Source of the DNA: Eledone cirrhosa
Taxonomy: Eukaryota
Reading direction: 5' to 3'
NCBI GenBank assembly: GCA_964016885.1
Contig: OZ024747.1
Coordinates: 72,416,001-72,480,000 of the forward strand
Length of the DNA stretch: 64,000 nt
In this document: in pieces, positions 56,599 through 64,000 of the stretch
How the letters are laid out: every line of letters starts with the position of its first letter
Numbering within the stretch: the first letter of the stretch is position 1
Position numbers and translations under genes: made by a program
The notes under the pieces: generated by a model
The model's database searches: none
What the model saw: the letters and a program-made list of their open reading frames with translations, nothing else
What the model was told of the DNA's origin: nothing

Positions 56599-56886
56599 CT
56601 TATTTGCTTATCCTTACCTCCCACATAGAAGTTATATTAATTTGATAGAACAGCATAGTTTATTTAGTTATTTATACAATGGGTTTTATGTTTCCTTCAA
56701 GGGTGTTACTTGTAATGTGTGGGGGAAGTTGGGGAGAGAGTGAGAAAGAATGTTATAGGTAGGTAAATGAGGAGTGTGTACTTATGTGAGTGAATGTGTG
56801 TTGAGGGTCCTTTTCTTTTGGCCACAAGCGTTACATTTATTAGAACTCATGTAATTGTATATCTGGGCTTGTCTTTTTAAATCTTG

Positions 56887-56949
<63 letters not shown>

Positions 56950-56953
<4 letters not shown>

Positions 56954-57495
56954 TGTATACATATATGTATGTACGTATACATACATACTTACATTTAAGT
57001 AAGTGCCGTACTAAGAGTGAGAAATGAAATTTCGTTTCATTCTATTCCATTTATCGTTTTCGGTGTGCCCGGCCGACTGTACTCACTCGATATGCAAATT
57101 AGGCTGCTCAGCTGTTAATATGCATAAGGAAAATATATACTTTCAGACGTTCAACCATCTGGCAGGAAGGTATACGATGCTGACAATAGCTAATAAGCTT
57201 GAAACTAGTACATCGTTCCTGTGTCAGTGTTGAACAAAAAGGTCACGTGGCTGCCTAAACACTGTACGGCGTAATTCGGGCTGTTTGTTTACAAACAAAC
57301 AAACCGAGCATTATAATAAATGTTCGGTAAACCGATACGTGCATATATATATGTGTGCATGTATGTATATATATACATACTACTGTACGTCTGTATACAT
57401 ATATGTATGTACGTATACATACATACATACTAACATTTAAGTAAGTGCCGTACTAAGAGTGAGAAATGAAATTTCGTTTCATTCTATTCCATTTA
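56950..57495 (+). mobile_element. Family A partial-tandem element (HHR 57174-57216 with G8A change)
   Basis: 3' ~105 bp of one unit followed by a full unit; core reads CTGACAA. Confidence 0.85.
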
Positions 57496-57548
57496 TATAT
57501 AATATATAAGATCAAATATAATATATAATATATAAGATCATATATAAT

Positions 57549-57766
57549 ATATAAGATCAAAAGATGGTTAAATGAGTTCCATGTATTTTATTATGCGCTT
57601 TTCAAAAACAAATATCATCATGCAATAACATTTGTGTTTTGAAATATCATCATGCAATAACATTTGTATTTTGAAAACACAAATGTTATTGCATGATGAT
57701 ATTTGTTTTTGAAATGCGCATAATAAAATACATGGAACTCATTTAACCATCTTTTGATCTTATATA
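57549..57766. repeat. Palindromic element with an HHR-like remnant
   Basis: AAGATCAAAAGATGGTTAAATGAGTTCCATG arms; ATGATGA..GAAA-TGCGCATA at 57693-57722. Confidence 0.7.
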
Positions 57767-57853
57767 TTATGTATACTCCAGTCCTACAAACTGTAGAGTG
57801 CTTCTTATCCGATATCTGCATTGCTTTATTGTACTACAATAAAACTCACCTCC

Positions 57854-57907
<54 letters not shown>

Positions 57908-58512
57908 GTATAGGATTATCCAAGATGTAGTAATGGTTAATTAACGATAGAATTGAACGATCATTATACTGCAACCACAAACTAAAAGCTAAATTCTCTC
58001 ACTATAAAATAACTTAACATTCGAACCCGTAACTATAACACCACTCTCTAGCTAACAACCTTCTCTTCCCCCCACACTACAAGACAATACACTGCTTATC
58101 ACTATACATGGTAACTCAGTACAATTCCTAGATTACTACTACAAAACCAAAAGTTCACTCACCACACATACTTTATCTGTCCCCTCTCTACCTATATCTC
58201 TCTCTACATCCATTACACTCTCTCTCTCTCACCTTTGACCTACCTCCCTCTCAACATCTATGAACCTGCCCTCTGGGGCAATAAATAATTCCGACCTTAA
58301 CTATCAACGCATCTCTCCAAAAGTAACCAGTATAATAAAACCCCTACCATAACATTTTGATTAAGATATCTACAAGCCACTCTCTCCTACTTCTCCAACC
58401 CCTGCATATCTTTCCTTCTCTCTCCCTCTTCCCTACTTTTCTCTCTTCCTGTTCCACTCTATCTTCCCCAACAACCCCACTTAAGGGTTTTTACATTGTA
58501 CATTTACCATTC

Positions 58513-58624
58513 TGCTCTGAGGAAACAGTGGTCACAGCATTGGATATTCGAGTTCTGCAAGTACTTGTGAATTTGCACGTAGCGGAACTAGGCTGCAGTA
58601 CCACCGTGGAAACACTTGTAAGCA
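58513..58624 (+). ncRNA. Hammerhead ribozyme, family F, with an extended (~85-nt) stem II
   Basis: TGCT-CTGAGGA-(AC.GTGGT...ACCAC.GT)-GAAA-CACTTGTA-AGCA, then AATAAA and (TA)n. Confidence 0.75.
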
Positions 58625-58671
58625 CACGGAATAAATTACCTTTTTATGATGTCTACCTGTTATTATTCATT

Positions 58672-58771
<100 letters not shown>

Positions 58772-59001
58772 GTAGAACACTGGAAGGTAATATCCGTAGT
58801 GGTAGAGCACTCAGTCCATGGGACGAGTTAGGTAGAAGTGGTTACAATTCTATATATATATATATATTTTTTTTTTAGTTTTTTATTTTTTTTTTTTTTA
58901 AAGTTTTTTAAAGTTTTTATAGTTTGTCTGCCTATATGTTTATGTACACATACACACGCACATGTATGTATGCATGCATGTGTTTGTGTGTGTGTGTATA
59001 G

Positions 59002-59149
<148 letters not shown>

Positions 59150-59298
59150 ATATGTATGTGTGTGTGTATATATATATTTGTATATATGTGTATGAATTTA
59201 CGTATATATGTTTATATGTATGCGTGTGTTGATTCTTTATTGCGTGCGTGTGTGCGCGCGCGCGTACGAATGTATGAGGATGTGTATATATGTGTGTG

Positions 59299-59369
<71 letters not shown>

Positions 59370-59441
59370 CTATTTTTATATATATATACATATATGTGTG
59401 TGTTTGTATCTGTGTATAGGTATATATACATGCACATATAT

Positions 59442-59555
<114 letters not shown>

Positions 59556-60677
59556 TCGACACAGTCTCAACCTCCCGCATCAAATCCTCTGCCTCCTTCA
59601 CTGTATTTGCCACCAAAACTATGTCGTCGGCAAATTCAGCATCTGATACCTTTTTCGCCTTAACTCTCCTGCTCTGAGCCGGTGCTACAGTAAAGCCAGA
59701 GTCCTGGTGTTTCTCCAGTGCAAGGCGCATACAATAGTCCACTACGATGATAAAAAGGTAGGGAGCCAATGTATCTCCCTGGAGCACTCCAGCCAGTATC
59801 TCAAAGAACTCTGTCATCCCATCAGGTGTAATGACTTGGGCTTTGGTGTTGGTGTAGAGCAGTGATATCAGGTCCACTATCTTCTTGGGGATTCCATAAG
59901 CCTGTAAGATCTTCATCAGGAAGTAACGGTCCACAGAATCAAAGGCCTTCCTAAAGTCAATGAAAACCATGACCGCAGGAAGGCACTTTGCTGTAGCTCC
60001 CTCTAATATCCTCAGTGGGGCTGAGAATGAATGAGACTAAAACAAAATATCTGGTAGAGAATGTTGAGAAGCCAGAGGGGATCACTAATGTAGGCAGGAA
60101 GCCGCTAGAATTGGTTGAGGGCTTCCTGTATTTGGGAGCAAAGATTGGGAATACGGAAGATGATGTGGTTGAGAGGAAGAGCAAGGCCTGGGCGGCGTGC
60201 CACAGCTTGAGATCGGTGTGGAAGTCGGACCTTCGTAGAGACCTGAAAGTCCGCCTCTTCATTGCTGTAGTGGAGTCTGTGCTGCTGTATGGGTCTGAGA
60301 CTTGGACACTGACCAAGAAACCCACTCAGATGGTGGATGGGTGCTACACGAGAATGTTGAGGATGGCTCTGAACATTAATCAGTATACACTGAGGATGAA
60401 AATCTCAGAGCTGTATGGGAGCATCCCAAAAGTCATCTCAAAAGTGACACAAAGGAGACTAAGGTTAGCTGGACATGCTCACCGACATCCAGAGTTGACA
60501 TTGCACTCAGTACTCCTACATAGACACACTAGAAGGGGAAGACCAAGGTTAACGTATGTTGATGCCCTAAGGACAGACACTGGTCTGTTGGAGACGCAGG
60601 ACATGGCAGCGATAATGAGGGACAGAGACCGCTGGAGAGAACTCGTCCATGGATCTCGGGAATTTTACCCGCCTTAG
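59556..60677. mobile_element. RTE-clade LINE with 5' inversion
   Basis: Minus 59556-60014: [25 protein letters not shown]; plus 60015-60677: [27 protein letters not shown]. Confidence 0.9.
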
Positions 60678-60678
60678 A

Positions 60679-60802
<124 letters not shown>

Positions 60803-61003
60803 GTATATGTATATATATATGTATATATATATATAGATAGGTAGATAAATATACACGGGTGTGTATGATTGTGTATAGAAGATTATATTAATAAGAGGAA
60901 TTCCAACTTTGTCTGATTTACTCGTTTTATTTACAATCCTTTAAAATTTATAATGGTATTATAATGAAATAGTATGATAGAATATTAAATGTTAAGTGTT
61001 AAT

Positions 61004-61042
61004 TGAACAAGTACTTTCATGCTTTCGCAATCTTCAGGTTCA
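61004..61042 (-). ncRNA. Hammerhead ribozyme, family C
   Basis: TGAAC-CTGAAGA-TTGCGAAAGCAT-GAAA-GTACTT-GTTCA. Confidence 0.82.
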
Positions 61043-61115
61043 TAATGTGTGGTGACAGTCAAGTTTGCAATTTTCCACAGTTGAAAATTGCAAACTTGAC
61101 TGTCACCACACATTA

Positions 61116-61154
61116 TGAACCTGAAGATTGCGAAAGCATGAAAGTACTTGTTCA
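61116..61154 (+). ncRNA. Hammerhead ribozyme, family C
   Basis: Same motif, plus strand. Confidence 0.82.
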
Positions 61155-61829
61155 ATTAACACTTAACATTTAATATTTTATCATACTATTTCATTATAAT
61201 ACCATTATAAATTTTAAAGGATTGTAAATAAAACGAGTAAATCAGACAAAGTTGGAATTCCTCTTATTAATATATATATAAATGAAGTTAATATTTTTTA
61301 ATTTATTTAAAAAAATTGGTTGAATTTTGCTTGTTCTGCTTATCTTAATATTATAGTTCTGGTATGTCAAATTAATACCATTGAACAACCTTGAATCATA
61401 GACAACCTATGTATTTCTAGGGGTACTTAGTACCCTTGGACATATTAACTTCATTTATTATACTCCGTTATGTAGAGAACAAATCCGTTGTTCTATTTAG
61501 CTGCTATTTTTTTAGTAGTAATATATACAACACGTCTATGGTTTCCCGCTTTTACTTCAGACCGGTTCACATACGGGTCACTTTCACGACCTTATCAGAC
61601 CCGTGTTAGCTGGCAGAAGGCGATATATTTTTATCGTTCCTGGGTCTTTAGCCCTAGGAAAGGAAAATGCTTCTCTGGTGAACTTTGGTTTTCCATTAGA
61701 TATCCATTGGATTTCTGATGTTTTACAAAGCAAAACTGATCAGTAAGGGCCATTAGAAGAGGTAAATATTTATATTATATTTTTTAATTTATTTTAAAAA
61801 ATTGGTTGAATTTTGCTTGTTCTGCTTAT

Positions 61830-61921
<92 letters not shown>

Positions 61922-62185
61922 TACATATAGTGTGTATCTGTTTATTTTTAAGTTGTGTGTATTTCTCCCCCCCCCCCCCCCCACACACACACACTCACAC
62001 ACCCTTCGTTGTCAACACGTCCCTTTTTGACTTTATTTTGATTTTGATTTTGATTTTCTTATATATATATATATTTTGAATTTTTTTATCTTATTTATTT
62101 ATTTTGTTATTTATGCTTCTGAACTACTTCCCAATGGTTCGCACATATTGATATGTGCATGTGCATGTATATATGTATGTGTATG

Positions 62186-62264
<79 letters not shown>

Positions 62265-63522
62265 GATATATTAACAAATGCAAACTATATTTATAAAACC
62301 ATATTTATTTCATTATACATTTTTCAAGGACACCAAGTCAAATTATGGTGCGCTTTCATCAGATAAAATATAATATAGATCAGTTTTATAAATAAATATT
62401 GATTCTAATGAGTTATGAGGGATATTGGTTTTGTATTTTATATAAATAAATATGTATTTAAAATTGAGAATGATTTAAAATTAAGTTAAATTAAATTAAA
62501 TTAACTGAGTTAAGTAAGAATATTTATATTTATTTGATTGAAAAGGGAAGATACGGAAAAAACTCCGGTTTTATTTATTTATTCGTTAGTGTGAGACTAT
62601 TTAGTCAAAATAAGTATGGATGTTTAAGATACATTTAGCCAGAATCAGTTAGTGGTTATTAATCTATTGAAAAAATATTGAAAAAATTTTGAGAAAATAT
62701 TGAAAAAATATAGAAAAAATATTGAAAAATTTAAAAGAAATTAAAAAAAAAAAAAATAATAATAATTTTTAAGAGATAAGTAATTTTTAAAGAAATAAAA
62801 ATTAAAGAAATTAAAATTTTAAAAATTAGAATTATATACGTATATATTATATGAAACTTTTAAGAAGTGGAATTACAGCAAATATTAGAGATATTATGAT
62901 TTAGAGATATCAATATATTAAAACCAAGTGGATGAGATTGTTATGGAAATGAATAGGAATATTATAAGTATAATTATAAGTTATATATAGTTCTGGCGAT
63001 GTCTACAAGCATTAAATAAAATCGTTCTTAGATTAATAGAGTTTTTACATTTAAGTATATAAAAAATTTCCTCAATACACAATTTGCAGAATCTAAATAA
63101 AGCTGTGTTTCGGTGCGCGGATATTTTTGAAACTGTTTCCCAAGCATTTTAAGTTCCATATCAGGTTTGAAAGAGTTGAAGATTCTTTTTAGAAAATCTT
63201 CGGAAAGAAAAAATGTGGTTATTCCAGCGAATTTTAAATTCTGTAGAAGTGGCACCGACATAGTTAAATATATTATCCCTAGTTTTAACTGTGCATTTAT
63301 AGACCACTTTTTTTTAAAATCTAAACGCTTATTTTGTAAAGGACAGTTTGATTTAATTCTACAGTTACATTTTGCGGAGTTGTTGTTGTTCGGAACAGTA
63401 CTATTAGGTTGTATATTGCTAGAAATATTACTCCTATTTTGGTTATTTCGGTTAGGGTTTAAATTTCTATTATTAATTCTATTTATATTTTGTGCTATGT
63501 TCATAGTAGTAGAGTAGGATAG

Positions 63523-63525
<3 letters not shown>
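62265..63525 (-). mobile_element. Penelope-like element 3' portion (GIY-YIG remnant plus HHR terminus)
   Basis: YSTTMNIAQNINRIN..KCNCRIKSNCPLQNK, frameshifted continuation homologous to 49870-50400; family B HHR at 62306-62370. Confidence 0.78.
62306..62370 (-). ncRNA. Hammerhead ribozyme, family B, at PLE 3' end
   Basis: TATTTTAT-CTGATGA-AAGCGCACCA..TGGTGTCCTT-GAAA-AATGTATA-ATGAAATA; stem III degenerate. Confidence 0.72.
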
Positions 63526-63589
<64 letters not shown>

Positions 63590-64000
63590 GATAAATCTAC
63601 CAAAATGTACGGTAGTGTCCAATCCGTATGAAGAACTCAATGTAATCCGAATATCATGAAAAGAGATGTATTCAAAAACATTTTTTTTTTCCGATGAAAA
63701 ATACAGAAAAACAGAGTCAAGATAAATTAATAAAAATAATGAATAAAAACAAAGAAACAGTTAAAAAATTCATCATTTTACGATCGTTTCTAGGATATAT
63801 ATGTTTGTGTTGGTATGTATATCATATAGATCTATGTAAAATTTTTACAAACTATCAGAGGGAATATACATACCTACACATATATATGCTGTCTTCAGAA
63901 ATAATGATATTTGTTTATTGAAAAAAACCAACAAAGATTTAATATAATAGGTCTGTTTGGGAACAGGTTTTGAATTGACCAATAGAAAGGTAGTAAGTGG

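Larger units (their letters stand above)
60842..61272. mobile_element. Family C palindromic element with two HHRs
   Basis: Arms centred ~61079; (TA)n flanks. Confidence 0.88.

Overview
Eukaryotic, AT-rich, microsatellite-saturated genomic DNA. The SINE and LINE tails resemble coleoid cephalopod (Octopus-like) repeats; that attribution is inference. I found no host gene exon, and most long ORFs in the track are translations of (TA)n, (CA)n, (ACC)n or satellite DNA. The window holds a near full-length but disrupted Tx1/L1-clade LINE (24555-30150) and fragments of CR1, RTE, Dong/R4 and probably CRE LINEs. It also has two Penelope-like element (PLE) GIY-YIG remnants, tRNA-type SINEs, mariner relics, a 26-bp minisatellite and a 9.3-kb pentamer-based satellite. 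The main hidden signal is about 25 minimal type I hammerhead ribozyme (HHR) motifs (CUGANGA...GAAA...NUH with foldable stems), in roughly 8 unrelated sequence families. They sit in short non-coding, tandem or palindromic PLE-derived (retrozyme-like) units inserted in (TA)n tracts. Coordinates were read by eye and may be off by a few bases.
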